A DNA stretch of 64,000 bases from Eubacteriales bacterium (GCA_045596925.1 JAZODH010000058.1:5791-69790), one strand, 5' to 3'; numbered from the stretch's first letter, positions 34,801-44,490 are shown. Numbers and translations are program-made. Notes: generated from the sequence alone by a model not told the origin.

Positions 34801-35377
34801 AAGGCGGGAAAATGTCAAGAATACCGCCGCGAACTGCAAACTGACCCGCGCAATCAACTCTGTCAACACGGCTGTAGCCCGCGTCGACGAGCTTTTTCAC
34901 CGTTTCGTCAAGATTCAGCAGCTTATTGTAGTCGATACGCATGGAATTGTCGCGCAACACCTGCTCAGGCACCGTATATCCCAGCGCCGCATCGGGGGTG
35001 GTAACGACCACGTCAAACTCGCCGCTCAAAATTCCATACAACACGTTCAGCCTCTCATGCTCGTACTCATGGGAGGCAGTAATATTATAGAATGTAAGGT
35101 CGCGGGCGATGAAAAATCCGCATTTCAGCCCAAAGGAGCTTAGCAGATTCCGCATAGCCACCGCTTCTTTTTCCTCGGGACAGACCATCAAGGTCACACC
35201 GCCTCGCGCCTCCCGCACGTCCTCGACCAGAGCCGTACAAAGCGCGTCGGATGCGCCCGAGCAAAGACCGCTTGCCACCACGGGCAATTTCACTTCGCGG
35301 TCAAAGGTTTTGATGACCGTTCCGAGAAGTCCGGCATATTCGCCGTCCCGGCGGATACTATCGGTTAAAATATTCAT
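31787..35377 (-). CDS. mfd: Transcription-repair coupling factor Mfd
   Basis: 1196 aa. UvrB-homology N-region, CarD/RID-like segment, SF2 translocase motifs (GDVGFGKTEVA, DEEQRFG), TRG motif region. Confidence 0.95.
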   Translation of the reverse strand: MNILTDSIRRDGEYAGLLGTVIKTFDREVKLPVVASGLCSGASDALCTALVEDVREARGGVTLMVCPEEKEAVAMRNLLSSFGLKCGFFIARDLTFYNITASHEYEHERLNVLYGILSGEFDVVVTTPDAALGYTVPEQVLRDNSMRIDYNKLLNLDETVKKLVDAGYSRVDRVDCAGQFAVRGGILDIFPPYGRYVDVDGNEKNSVAPLRIELFGDDIDRMGLFEVDSQRITDHIDYAELPPARELIITAEGREKLKKAIASHLKKSEDSRAREEMELEIRALEDDLDVNFADKYISLIYPERVSLLDYLGENNLVIIRGTAAVNERLKTAEWTLHRQIEELMEGGTISSKYADYTKPVSAFELFCERNVTLHAGSMTTGLSGKKLGGLFGFRTKHTVSYAENFDLLREDLSSYAKNGYKTVVLCENEAAANSLSELLSSEEYTTFKSTEEDELTSATQPAGTVQLVWRHFIGGYELPAAKISVLSTYGQGKGSYLKTATGKRRGKKIAGTQKILSYAELKVGDYVVHEDYGIGIYLGISNKVINGVSRDYISIQYAGADKLFLPTEKLDRVSKYIGAHADDGTVKLSKFGGGEWGKAKSKVKGAVREMAKELIQLYASRMRLSGIAFPPDDDFQQDFEVAFDYEETSSQVTAIEEIKQDMMSTVPMDRLLCGDVGFGKTEVAFRAAYKAILGGKQVAILVPTTILAMQHYQTALARFRSFPVEVDIISRFRTPKQQALTLRRLKRGEVDMIIGTHRLVSKDIEFKDLGLLIIDEEQRFGVAQKEKLKQLCGNVDVLTLSATPIPRTLNMAMGGLRDISILDEAPGDRLPVQTYVLEHDDLIIEEAIRRELRRGGQIFYLYNNIDNINVVAARLSAAIPDARITVAHGRMEREELEEIWGRMLSGETDILVSTTIIETGVDVPNANTLIVENAHRLGLSQLHQLRGRVGRSSRRAYAYFTFPRGRVLDEIAEKRLEAIREYAEFGAGFKIALRDMELRGAGNLLGAEQHGHLEAIGYDLYIKLLNEAVLEEKGGKIVEKPDCNIALNADAYLPEKYVGSSSERMALYKKIAMIDSEYDREDITDELYDRFGTPPKAALNLLQIALIRAYAIKCGVTRVEQSGSEVHIFPTKFDWEIWSDLSKKYGGRIKIVMSGTPYMNLRLQKDEKPTDITEALLFDYIRMSEAKKENETNEEQ

Positions 35378-35389
35378 CTTCTACCTGCG

Positions 35390-36031
35390 TTATGCTTTTT
35401 TTGAGTTGCAGATCTGCATGGCACCGTCAACGTCTCCCGAAAGGATCTTTTCAAGCCCCTCCTGCGCCACGCCAAAGGCATCAAAGAGCTTTTCCTGCTC
35501 GTCCTTTTGAAAAGTTGAAAGCACCCAGTCCGCCAGGTCGTAATCGGGGTTAGGCTTGGCACCAACACCCATCTTTATTCGGGGAAAATTCTGCGTTCCA
35601 AGGTGCTCGATAATGCTCTTGATACCATTGTGACCGCCCGCACTTCCCTCTCGCCGAACACGCAAACGTCCGGGTTCAAGGCTTATATCGTCAAAAATAA
35701 CGATAATATTCTCGGGCGGTATCTTATAAAAGGACGCCGCGGCGGAAACCGCCTCGCCCGACAGATTCATAAAGGTCTGGGGCTTTATGAACAGCACTCT
35801 TTTCCCTGCCACTGTGGCTTCGCCCGTCAGCGCATTGAATTTCAGACGGTCGATCTTGAAATTCAGCTTTTGAGAGATGTAATCAAGGGTCAAAAATCCC
35901 GCGTTGTGACGGGTAAAAGTGTACTTCGCGCCGGGATTTCCCAGTCCCACCACGATGTGGGAGATTGTGGCTGTGCCGCTTTCTTCCCTATCCTTTTTTA
36001 TTTTGTTAAAAAGCTCAAAAATATCTGCCAT
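35390..36031 (-). CDS. pth: Peptidyl-tRNA hydrolase
   Basis: VVGLGNPGAKYTFTRHNAGF and GGHNGIKS motifs, with a about 25-aa N-terminal extension. Confidence 0.9.
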   Translation of the reverse strand: MADIFELFNKIKKDREESGTATISHIVVGLGNPGAKYTFTRHNAGFLTLDYISQKLNFKIDRLKFNALTGEATVAGKRVLFIKPQTFMNLSGEAVSAAASFYKIPPENIIVIFDDISLEPGRLRVRREGSAGGHNGIKSIIEHLGTQNFPRIKMGVGAKPNPDYDLADWVLSTFQKDEQEKLFDAFGVAQEGLEKILSGDVDGAMQICNSKKA

Positions 36032-36048
36032 TTTCTTTGTTTCCCAAT

Positions 36049-37209
36049 TTATTTTCTGATTCTCACAAGGCTTGAAACCCCTTCGGAAACTGCCGCCAGA
36101 AAGACGTCCGCCTCGTCCTGCGTATTCTTTGCATTCAGGCTGACCCGAATAGTGCAGTCGGCGCTGTTGTTATCAAGACCGAAAGCGGAAAGTGCCGAGC
36201 TGACCGTCCTTGAATGGGACGAACAAGCCGATCCGCTCGAAACGCATATTCCCTTTGACGAGAGGAAATGAAGCATGGTCTCGCTCTTGATAGACGGCAA
36301 TTTCAGGCTCAAAATGTGCGGAGCGCGCTCACCCAGCGGAAGATTTATTTCCACCTCGGCAGGCAACCTTTCCGCAATATAATCGCGCAAAGCCGTCATG
36401 TGCGCAATATCTCGGTCAAGATTTTCAAATCCTTGCGCCGCCGCGCCGCCAAATCCCGCGACACCCACGGTGTTCTCGGTGCCCGAGCGAAGCCCAAACT
36501 CCTGACCGCCACCAAGCAGCCACGGAACTATTTTCTTTGCTCGCAGTACAGCAGGTGATATCCAAAGCGCGCCGATTCCTTTGGGACCGTGAATTTTATG
36601 CGCGCTGACCGTCACCAGATCCGCACCGAGAGTCGAAACGGAAAATTTCCGCTTCATGTATCCCTGAACTGCATCGCTGTGGCAGAGAGCGTCGGGACTT
36701 GCCGCTTTGATCGTCTTAAAAGCACTTGAAATATCGTAGAGTGCGCCCGTTTCGTTGTTCACCATCATAAAGGTGGCAAGAAGGACGCCCTGCGCTTCGC
36801 GCCTGACCTGTTCCAGGTCAAGCACACCGCCCGCAGTGGAGATGCGAACGATGTTAAAACCCTGCTCTTCAAGCCTTCCCAAGGCATTTTCAACCGCAGG
36901 ATGCTCACCTGCGGTGGTGAGTATCTTGTTGGCAGTCCTGCGAGACTTGGCAAAGACCGTGCCGAAAATGGCAAGGTTGTCCGACTCGCTTCCGCAGGAC
37001 GTAAATATCAGCTCACCGTCCTTTGGATTTCTTATTCCAAGAGAACGGCAGACAGAGGCGCGTGCCTCGCGCACCATTTTCTCCGCCTCAAGTCCCGCCG
37101 TATGCAAGGATGAGGGATTCCCGTAGCACTCTATCGCCTGAGCCATCTTCTCCTTTGCAAGAGAACAAAGCTCGGTGGTAGCACTGTTGTCAAAATAAAT
37201 TCTATCCAT
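36049..37209 (-). CDS. nifS: Cysteine desulfurase (NifS/IscS-type class V aminotransferase)
   Basis: YFDNSATT, SAHKIHGPKGIGAL (PLP Lys), and the C-terminal SSGSACSS active-site loop. Confidence 0.85.
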   Translation of the reverse strand: MDRIYFDNSATTELCSLAKEKMAQAIECYGNPSSLHTAGLEAEKMVREARASVCRSLGIRNPKDGELIFTSCGSESDNLAIFGTVFAKSRRTANKILTTAGEHPAVENALGRLEEQGFNIVRISTAGGVLDLEQVRREAQGVLLATFMMVNNETGALYDISSAFKTIKAASPDALCHSDAVQGYMKRKFSVSTLGADLVTVSAHKIHGPKGIGALWISPAVLRAKKIVPWLLGGGQEFGLRSGTENTVGVAGFGGAAAQGFENLDRDIAHMTALRDYIAERLPAEVEINLPLGERAPHILSLKLPSIKSETMLHFLSSKGICVSSGSACSSHSRTVSSALSAFGLDNNSADCTIRVSLNAKNTQDEADVFLAAVSEGVSSLVRIRK

Positions 37210-37724
37210 TATTTGAACTTGAAATTCTCGATTACGGCCTGAAGCTCGGTCTCGTGGAGATCGTAGTTTTCGGGGGTTGAGGTGTAGGTCATAATGTAGA
37301 ACTTGTCCCCGTGAACGGCAATTATCTGACGGTATTTCAGAGCCTGACCGGCGATCTCGCCCTCAAAAATATAGGACGCGGCCGCCTTACCGCCCAGTAC
37401 CATCTCCTTTGCTTCCTCGATGACCTTAAAATTATCGTAAGTCGCGCCGTAGCTTTCCTTGCACATTTCCCAGTAGGCTGCAATGCTGGTGATGTCAAGC
37501 TCGGGGTAGTAGGATGTAACGCTGACGCTGGATTTGTCCTCCTGAGAATAGTATCCGCCGTCTATGTCGTGAGAGGGATTCCACGTAGCGGGAATGTAAA
37601 GCGAGTAAGCCACGCCCTCGCCCGAAACGTCCTGCATTCCGTCGGGGGTGCCCTTGTCCTTTCCACAGGCAACCATTGTAATGCAAAGTACCGCCAGAAT
37701 TATTATTGATACGAGTTTTTTCAT
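37209..37724 (-). CDS. Lipoprotein of unknown function (PsbP/DcrB-like fold suspected)
   Basis: Signal plus lipobox MVACG. 171 aa. Its stop shares one base with the nifS ATG (TAATG). Confidence 0.6.
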   Translation of the reverse strand: MKKLVSIIILAVLCITMVACGKDKGTPDGMQDVSGEGVAYSLYIPATWNPSHDIDGGYYSQEDKSSVSVTSYYPELDITSIAAYWEMCKESYGATYDNFKVIEEAKEMVLGGKAAASYIFEGEIAGQALKYRQIIAVHGDKFYIMTYTSTPENYDLHETELQAVIENFKFK

Positions 37725-37736
37725 TTGTTTTTCCTC

Positions 37737-38999
37737 TTATTTTTTGTTTTTAATATCCAGCATCGCCTGTGCGGCGCTCATGATTCCGATCTTGCCGCTC
37801 TCGTAGGTAAGACCGCCCTGGAAATAAGCGGTGTAAGGAGGGCGGCAAGGACCGTCTGCGCTTATCTCGATGGACGAGCCCTGCGTAAAGGCACCCGCCG
37901 CCATAACTACGCGGTCTGTGTAACCGGGCATTTCCCAAGGCTCGGGGGAAACGAAAGCGTCAATGGGCGAGCCCGCCTGGATTCCGCGGCAGAACGCCAC
38001 GAGAAGCTCTTCCTTGCCCGTAATTACCTGCTGAATGATGTCGCTTCTGACCTCGTTCCACGCAGGCTCCACCTCGTAGCCCAGCTTATCGAACATATAA
38101 GCCGCCAGGTGAGCGGTCTTTATAGCCTGGGCAACCGTGTGAGGCGCATAGAAAAGTCCCTTGTAGAAGCTCTTGTTGATACCGAGGGTGGCGCCCACCT
38201 CCGTACCCGTGCCAACGGTCGTAAGACGGTAGCTTGCAAGCTCGATAGCCCTCTCTTTTCCCGCGAGATACCCGCCGATCTCGGCCATGCCTCCTCCGGG
38301 GTTCTTTATAAGCGAGCCGATTATCATGTCGGCGCCTACCGCGGTAGGCTCCTTTGTCTCCACGAACTCGCCGTAGCAGTTATCTACCACAACGTATGTA
38401 TCGGGGGATTTTTTATGTACGAACTCTGCCGCCTCGCCGATCTCGTCTACGGTCAGGGTACGGCGGTTGAGATAGCCCTTGGAGCGCTGTATCCAGACCA
38501 CCTTGACCCGCTTTCCGTACGTATCCAGCATCTCGCCGATCTTGTCGTAATCGAACTTGCCGTCCACAAGATCCACCTGCTCATATCCGATACCAAAGTC
38601 CGCAAGAGAGCCGTTTCCGGGCGTGCCTGCGATTCCGATGACCTCCTCCAAGGTGTCATAGGGCTTGCCCGCAATAGAAAGCAGAATGTCGCCCGGACGA
38701 AGCAGTCCGAAAAGACCGATGGAGAGGGCGTGAGTTCCGTTGACTATCTGACAGCGCACGAAAGCACGCTCCGCGCCCATAACGTCCGCCCAGATCTCAT
38801 CCAAGGTGTCACGGCCCTTGTCGTCGTAGCCGTAACCGCTTGTGGGGTTAAAAAGTGCCTCGGAAACACGGTGAGAACGGAACACGTCCATCACCTTTTG
38901 TGTGTTCTCAAAGGATATCTTGTCGATACGCTGAAAATGCTCTTTAAGTTCCTGCTCTGCCTGCGCGGCAAGAGCTACGATTTCATTTGAAAAATCCAT
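37737..38999 (-). CDS. ynbB: YnbB-type PLP enzyme (methionine gamma-lyase family / 'aluminium resistance' protein)
   Basis: 420 aa. GYGYDDKGRDTLDEIWADVMGAERAFVRCQIVNGTHAL is characteristic of the Met_gamma_lyase (YnbB) family. Confidence 0.8.
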   Translation of the reverse strand: MDFSNEIVALAAQAEQELKEHFQRIDKISFENTQKVMDVFRSHRVSEALFNPTSGYGYDDKGRDTLDEIWADVMGAERAFVRCQIVNGTHALSIGLFGLLRPGDILLSIAGKPYDTLEEVIGIAGTPGNGSLADFGIGYEQVDLVDGKFDYDKIGEMLDTYGKRVKVVWIQRSKGYLNRRTLTVDEIGEAAEFVHKKSPDTYVVVDNCYGEFVETKEPTAVGADMIIGSLIKNPGGGMAEIGGYLAGKERAIELASYRLTTVGTGTEVGATLGINKSFYKGLFYAPHTVAQAIKTAHLAAYMFDKLGYEVEPAWNEVRSDIIQQVITGKEELLVAFCRGIQAGSPIDAFVSPEPWEMPGYTDRVVMAAGAFTQGSSIEISADGPCRPPYTAYFQGGLTYESGKIGIMSAAQAMLDIKNKK

Positions 39000-39013
39000 T
39001 TTTCGGTCCTCCG

Positions 39014-39808
39014 TTATTTTATCTTGATCTCAAGAAATTTTCTGTACATATCCGCAGTCTCGTCCGACTTGCTGGAATGAAATTCTACTTTGCCGCGCTC
39101 GGTTCTGTCCGATAGCAGTCCCGACGCATCAATTCTGCGCCTCGCCTCTCTGGCAGTTCCCTCCGAGCCGTCAAACACGACCGTGCCCGGCAGATTCTTC
39201 TCAATGAGGTGACGCACAAAAGGATAGTGGGTACAGCCAAGCACCACCGAGTCCACACCGTGGTAAGGCGCGAGAAGCTCACTTACGTAATCGGCAAGCT
39301 CGGGACTGTCAAGGTCGCCCTGCTCAATAAGCCTCGCCAGGTCGTGGCAAGGCAGAGGGATTATCTGCGCCCGTCCCGCGTATTCGCCAACAAGACGCTC
39401 GAACTTTTCCTGCTCAAGCGTGGTGGGGGTCGCCATAACGAGCACGGTCGAGCTACCGTCGGTCTTGCCCAAATCCCGCTCGCCGTAAAGCACCGCGGGC
39501 TTTATGGCAGGCTCGATGCCGACGATAGGAACGTGGGGATAGGTCTCCCTCAGACGGCGCACTGCCGCCGCCGTTGCCGTGTTGCAGGCGACCACTAAGG
39601 CTTTTGCGCCCGCGTCAAAAAGTCGCTCGGCTATGTCAAAGGTAAGCGTTCTTACCTGCTCTGCCGACTTTTCGCCGTAAGGAGCGTTTGCGCTGTCCCC
39701 AAAAAATATGAAATTTTCGTTTGGCATCTGCCGCACCAGCTCCAAAAGAACGCTGACGCCGCCGACACCCGAATCTATGACCGCAACAGGTCCGTTTTTG
39801 TCTGCCAT
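39014..39808 (-). CDS. murI: Glutamate racemase
   Basis: VIDSGVGGVSVL, ACNTA and GCTHYP motifs. ATG 39808 follows AAGGAAAC. The track ORF begins at TTG 39829. Confidence 0.9.
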   Translation of the reverse strand: MADKNGPVAVIDSGVGGVSVLLELVRQMPNENFIFFGDSANAPYGEKSAEQVRTLTFDIAERLFDAGAKALVVACNTATAAAVRRLRETYPHVPIVGIEPAIKPAVLYGERDLGKTDGSSTVLVMATPTTLEQEKFERLVGEYAGRAQIIPLPCHDLARLIEQGDLDSPELADYVSELLAPYHGVDSVVLGCTHYPFVRHLIEKNLPGTVVFDGSEGTAREARRRIDASGLLSDRTERGKVEFHSSKSDETADMYRKFLEIKIK

Positions 39809-39818
39809 TTTTGTTTCC

Positions 39819-41246
39819 TTATACTTCAAACGAATTTACGATATTCTTGAAGGTGTTTCCGCGCTCCTCGAAATTTCGGAAGGCATCAAAGCTGGCGCAG
39901 GCAGGGGACAGGAGCACCGTATCGCCGCACTCTGCCATGCTTTTCGCCGTCTCAACAGCCCCCTTGAAATCAGGTTCAAGGGCTACGGAAAGCCCGCTTT
40001 TTTCTGCACCCGATCTGTCAAGTGCATCTTTTATCTTTTGGGCAGTTGCGCCCGTCAGAACCACAGCTCGGGCACGCTCAATAAGAGCCTGAGCCAAAGG
40101 CTCAAAGGGAATATTTTTGTCGTAGCCGCCGCAAATAACGATAGGCTTTTCGGTCAGAGCCGAAAGTGCCGCCGCCGTTCTGGTGGGGCTTGAATCGATT
40201 GAGCTGTTGTAATATTTAACACCGCCAAGTTCTCGCACGAATTCCAATCGGTGCTCAACACCGCCGAAGGTCCTCGCCACCGCTCTCACGCTCTCACACG
40301 AGACGTAAGGGCGTGTGATGGAGATCGCCGCCATGTAATTTTCCACGTTGTGCCGTCCGGGGAGCTTGATGTCGGAGACCTTTATGATCTCTTCCTCCGT
40401 CACCCCGTCCGAATAATATATAATTCCGTCCCGTTCAAAGATGGCACAGGCGCCGTCTATCCCTTTGACAGTCTCTGCATAGCTTTTCGCCACGGAAGAA
40501 AACAGAGTCACAGGGATCTCGCTCTCTCTTGCAAGAGAGTATGTAATCTCATTTTCCGCATTAAAGGTCGCGTGAGAAATGGGCGCGTGACGGAAGATGT
40601 TGCACTTTGCCTGTGTGTATTCCTCCATGCCCGTGTGCCAGTTCAGGTGATTTGGCGTAAGATTTGTCACGATCGCTCTGTAAGGCGAACGGGTCATGGT
40701 CTGAAGCTGAAAGCTTGAAAGCTCTACTACCGCAAAATCATTTTCGGTCATCTGATCAGCTTGGTCAAGAAGCGGAGTTCCGATATTTCCACCCACCCAA
40801 ACCTTTCCTTTACCGCTTTTTTCAAGCTCTCGCGCAAGAATTTTCGAGGTCAGCGTAGTTGTGGTGGTCTTTCCGTCGCTTCCCGTGATACCGAGCACCG
40901 TGGCAGGTGTTATTTCAAGGAAAAACTCCATTTCCGAGGTGAGAAGCGCGCCGCGGTCGGCGGCTGCCTTTATACATGGCAGATCGGGACGGATCCCGGG
41001 CGCGCGGAAGATAATATCTCCCTCAATATTTTCAAGATATCCCTCGCCTGTCACCAGTCTGACGCCAAGACCCTTCAGCTCGGCGGCAATATCCCCCAGT
41101 TGTTCCTCTGTTTTCATGTCCCGTGCCGTGACCGTCGCTCCCATTTTGCAAAGCAGACGGATAAGAGGCAGATTTGAAATGCCGATTCCCAGCACGTCAC
41201 ACTTTCCATGTTCAACTAAGCGGTATATTTCATCCCTGAGCTTCAT
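39819..41246 (-). CDS. murD: UDP-N-acetylmuramoyl-L-alanine--D-glutamate ligase
   Basis: GITGSDGKTTTT P-loop and Mur ligase central/C domains. ATG 41246 lies 4 nt after GGAGGG. The track ORF begins at TTG 41264. Confidence 0.9.
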   Translation of the reverse strand: MKLRDEIYRLVEHGKCDVLGIGISNLPLIRLLCKMGATVTARDMKTEEQLGDIAAELKGLGVRLVTGEGYLENIEGDIIFRAPGIRPDLPCIKAAADRGALLTSEMEFFLEITPATVLGITGSDGKTTTTTLTSKILARELEKSGKGKVWVGGNIGTPLLDQADQMTENDFAVVELSSFQLQTMTRSPYRAIVTNLTPNHLNWHTGMEEYTQAKCNIFRHAPISHATFNAENEITYSLARESEIPVTLFSSVAKSYAETVKGIDGACAIFERDGIIYYSDGVTEEEIIKVSDIKLPGRHNVENYMAAISITRPYVSCESVRAVARTFGGVEHRLEFVRELGGVKYYNSSIDSSPTRTAAALSALTEKPIVICGGYDKNIPFEPLAQALIERARAVVLTGATAQKIKDALDRSGAEKSGLSVALEPDFKGAVETAKSMAECGDTVLLSPACASFDAFRNFEERGNTFKNIVNSFEV

Positions 41247-41279
41247 TTGACCCTCCGATCTCAAAATTTGTCACCTTAT

Positions 41280-41308
41280 ATTATATAACAAAACGCGAAA
41301 ATATTCAA
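41280..41308 (-). promoter_or_regulatory. Candidate promoter of the murD operon
   Basis: Minus strand: TTGAAT (41308-41303), 17-nt spacer, TATAAT (41285-41280). Confidence 0.55.
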
Positions 41309-41438
41309 GGCTTTGCGCAATTTTTTACCGTTTGAACACATTCTTTTTTAATTTAAGAAAATCTTAAGGTTTTACCCCCTTTTATCTTAATAAATTTTGT
41401 GATAGAATATGAACGAAAGATAAAACAGGAGGTCACAC

Positions 41439-42143
41439 ATGAGCAGGATACTTATTTGCGACGACGAGCGTGACATCGTCTCCGCTCTGAAAATATACCT
41501 TGGTGCCGAGGGCTACGAGTGCCTTGAAGCATACGATGGCGAGCAGGCCTTGAAAATTCTCAAAAGCGAGAATGTTCAGACGGTGCTCCTTGACGTGATG
41601 ATGCCGAAAATGGACGGGTTGACCGCCCTTGATCTCATAAGAAAAGAGAGCAACGTGCCCGTTATCCTGCTGACCGCCAAGAGCGAGGATTCGGACAAGG
41701 TGCTGGGACTGAACGTTGGCGCAGACGACTACGTAACAAAGCCCTTCAACCCCGTTGAGGTGGTGGCGCGGGTTCGGGCGCAGGTGCGCCGATACACGAA
41801 ATTGGGAAGCAGTCCGACCCCCGACGGCGACAAGATCCTGTCGGCAGGCGAGATCGAAATGAACTGCAGAACACGTGAGGTACGCGCCTACGGCGATCCC
41901 GTTTCCCTCACCGCCACCGAATACGATATTCTCCGTCTGCTTCTCTCCCACCCCGGTCAGGTGTTCAAGAGTCGCGAGATCTACCGACTTATCCGCGACG
42001 AATCACCCGTGGGAAGCGAAAATACCATCGCAGTTCACATTCGCCACTTAAGAGAGAAGATAGAAATAAACCCCGCCGAACCCAAGTACTTAAAAGTCCT
42101 TTGGGGACACGGCTATAAGATCGACGCAAAGGAGCAAAAATAA
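41439..42143 (+). CDS. OmpR-family response regulator
   Basis: Receiver domain (DDERD...LLDVMMPKMDG) plus a winged-helix C-terminus (LTATEYDILRLLLSHPGQVF...VHIRHLREKIE). Confidence 0.9.
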   Translation: MSRILICDDERDIVSALKIYLGAEGYECLEAYDGEQALKILKSENVQTVLLDVMMPKMDGLTALDLIRKESNVPVILLTAKSEDSDKVLGLNVGADDYVTKPFNPVEVVARVRAQVRRYTKLGSSPTPDGDKILSAGEIEMNCRTREVRAYGDPVSLTATEYDILRLLLSHPGQVFKSREIYRLIRDESPVGSENTIAVHIRHLREKIEINPAEPKYLKVLWGHGYKIDAKEQK

Positions 42144-44467
42144 TGAAAAGCAACTATTTACTTAAATCTGTCGCGTTCGTCCTTGCCGCAGTTATGCTCA
42201 TCTGCACCGTGGCATCGGCTGCGGGTCTCGTTGTCTGCCTCGCATTCGGAGCGTACAGCGACGGCAAGGGCGCGCTTACCAGAAACTTAAACGACAACAT
42301 ACTTTCCGACTATGCCTACGATGTTGAGGCATACCTTTTCGACGACCCCGAAAAGCTCAAAGAGGTTTTTGAGGGCACGGGAATCCAGGCGAAGATCACA
42401 AAACCCGACGGAAGCCTTCACCTGATAGCAGGCGAGGAGGACGCAAAAGCGGGCGGATATTTCATCACCTTCAAGTGTGTCTACCTTGAGAATTACGAAT
42501 ATGAAGTAAGCCACGACTCCATGAGATTTTATTTCATCGACGTCGACGGTGAGATAAAGCGTCTGCCGTCAGACAGCGACATTTATTACATCACCCCCGA
42601 CAAAATGGAACACCTCCTTGAGGCAGGAGGTAAGATAGTATCACCAAACCCCGATGTTCCCGTCAGTCCCGAGACCCTGCCCTCCTACCCTCACAGAGAC
42701 GACACCTATCCGCCTGTTGACATAGAGAGCGACACCGCGACGGATATTCCCGACACTCAAACCCCCGAGGAAACTCCCGAGCTTTATCCGTACAGTCCCC
42801 TGCAGGACAATTACGTTATCCTGCGAAACGGCGCATATTCTCCCGTTTATGCTTCAACCAGGCCCGAAACAAAATACTACACAGGCTCATACATTTACAG
42901 CCGTGACGGTGAGTTTGGGCATATCGGAAACGTCTTTGACGACGAGATCGAGGACAAGGCATACACGGTCAAGCTGACCATGACAGAGCACTATCACGCA
43001 AAGGGCGAATATGATTATGAGTATCTTCTCCTCGATTTTGTGGGCGACAACATGTATCACTTCGTCTGGCTCACACCGATTTTCTTGATCATTGCTGTTC
43101 TCCTGTTGATCTACCTTGCGTCTGCCGCAGGACACACAAAGGACGGCCTGCGTGAAAGCTGGATCGAAAAGATCCCCACCGATCTATACCTTGCCATTTG
43201 CGCTATCATTTGCTTGATCCCCCTATATCTTGACGTGGAACGCCTTATCTTTGTCGCCGGCGATATCTACTCCGTGGGAGCTATCATCGGAGTGATGGCG
43301 GCAGGCTACGCGGCGCTTTTCGTGGGCATCGTCATGAGCCTGGCTTTGAGGATAAAGACCAAAAAGATATTCTCTTACACACTTGTTGCCATAGCCATGA
43401 AGTATGTTTGGGTCGGTATTAAATTTTTGTACCGCGCACTTGCTTTCCTGTGCAAAAACATCGGCACGCTGTGGACGAACGTACTCGGCGCCGTTATTTT
43501 CTTCTTCTGGGCGATAGCTCTTGCCATCTCCTGCTCCCACTATTACTTTGACGGCCCCGTAATACTTTTGCTTATATTCGGTCTCTCCTTTTTCCCTGCC
43601 ATATTCATTTATGTAGGCTACCAGCAAAACAAGATAAACCGCGTGTGCAAAAAGATCGGAGACGGACAGGTTGACAGCAAGGTAGACACCAAATACATGA
43701 CCCCCAATCACCGCTCCCAGGCAGAGACAGTCAACCGCATCGGAAGCGGACTTTCCGCAGCACTCACCGAAAGAATAAAAAGCGAACGGCTCAAGACCGA
43801 GCTGATAACCAATGTCTCTCATGATCTGAAAACTCCGCTTACGTCTATTGTAAACTATGCCGATCTGCTCTCCCGCGAGCAGGAGTCGGAAAATCCCGAC
43901 GGCGAGAAAATGAAGGAATATACAAACGTCATTTCCCGCCAGTCCGCGCGGCTGAAAAAGCTCACAGAGGATTTGGTTGAGGCATCAAAGGCATCCACGG
44001 GCAACGTGGAATCCTGCCCCGAGGTGCTGGACGTTTCCGAGCTGCTCTCCCAGAGCGTTGGAGAGTTTGCGGACAGATTCGAGGCGGCGAGTCTGACCCC
44101 GGTTGAGAGCAAGCCCGGCACACCCGTTCAGATATTTGCCGACGGTCGCCACGTTTGGAGAATTTTTGAGAATCTGCTGGTGAATACCTGCAAATATTCT
44201 CTTGCAGGAACCCGCGTCTACATCGATCTTGCACAGCGGGACACACATGTCACTGTAACGATAAAGAACATCTCCTCGCAACCGCTGAATATAAGCCCCG
44301 AGGAGCTGACAGAACGCTTTGTACGCGGAGATTCCTCCCGTCACACCGAGGGAAGCGGACTTGGACTTTCCATCGCGAAAAGCCTTGCCGAGCTTCAAGG
44401 CGGATCTCTTGACATCGACATCGACGGCGACTGCTTCAAGGCCACCGTAACCTTTAAAAAGGTATAA
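42143..44467 (+). CDS. Sensor histidine kinase with about 300-aa extracytoplasmic domain and multi-TM block
   Basis: H-box ELITNVSHDLKTPLTSI. ATPase N/G boxes (NLLVNTCKYS, GSGLGLSIAKS). ATGA overlap with the response-regulator gene. Confidence 0.85.
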   Translation: MKSNYLLKSVAFVLAAVMLICTVASAAGLVVCLAFGAYSDGKGALTRNLNDNILSDYAYDVEAYLFDDPEKLKEVFEGTGIQAKITKPDGSLHLIAGEEDAKAGGYFITFKCVYLENYEYEVSHDSMRFYFIDVDGEIKRLPSDSDIYYITPDKMEHLLEAGGKIVSPNPDVPVSPETLPSYPHRDDTYPPVDIESDTATDIPDTQTPEETPELYPYSPLQDNYVILRNGAYSPVYASTRPETKYYTGSYIYSRDGEFGHIGNVFDDEIEDKAYTVKLTMTEHYHAKGEYDYEYLLLDFVGDNMYHFVWLTPIFLIIAVLLLIYLASAAGHTKDGLRESWIEKIPTDLYLAICAIICLIPLYLDVERLIFVAGDIYSVGAIIGVMAAGYAALFVGIVMSLALRIKTKKIFSYTLVAIAMKYVWVGIKFLYRALAFLCKNIGTLWTNVLGAVIFFFWAIALAISCSHYYFDGPVILLLIFGLSFFPAIFIYVGYQQNKINRVCKKIGDGQVDSKVDTKYMTPNHRSQAETVNRIGSGLSAALTERIKSERLKTELITNVSHDLKTPLTSIVNYADLLSREQESENPDGEKMKEYTNVISRQSARLKKLTEDLVEASKASTGNVESCPEVLDVSELLSQSVGEFADRFEAASLTPVESKPGTPVQIFADGRHVWRIFENLLVNTCKYSLAGTRVYIDLAQRDTHVTVTIKNISSQPLNISPEELTERFVRGDSSRHTEGSGLGLSIAKSLAELQGGSLDIDIDGDCFKATVTFKKV

Positions 44468-44471
44468 AAAA

Positions 44472-44490
44472 ATCCCCCCGTCAGGGGGAT
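44472..44490. terminator. Bidirectional terminator between the kinase gene (+) and radC (-)
   Basis: ATCCCCC ... GGGGGAT hairpin flanked by an A-run and a T-run. Confidence 0.8.

Noticed and set aside
37725-38990. 421-aa ORF on the + strand covering almost exactly the ynbB gene on the - strand
   Set aside because: It is a mirror-frame antisense ORF. Its sequence is low-information (R/L/A/V/G-rich) with no motifs, RBS or promoter, whereas the - strand product has a clear PLP-enzyme family signature. This is typical of GC-rich coding DNA.
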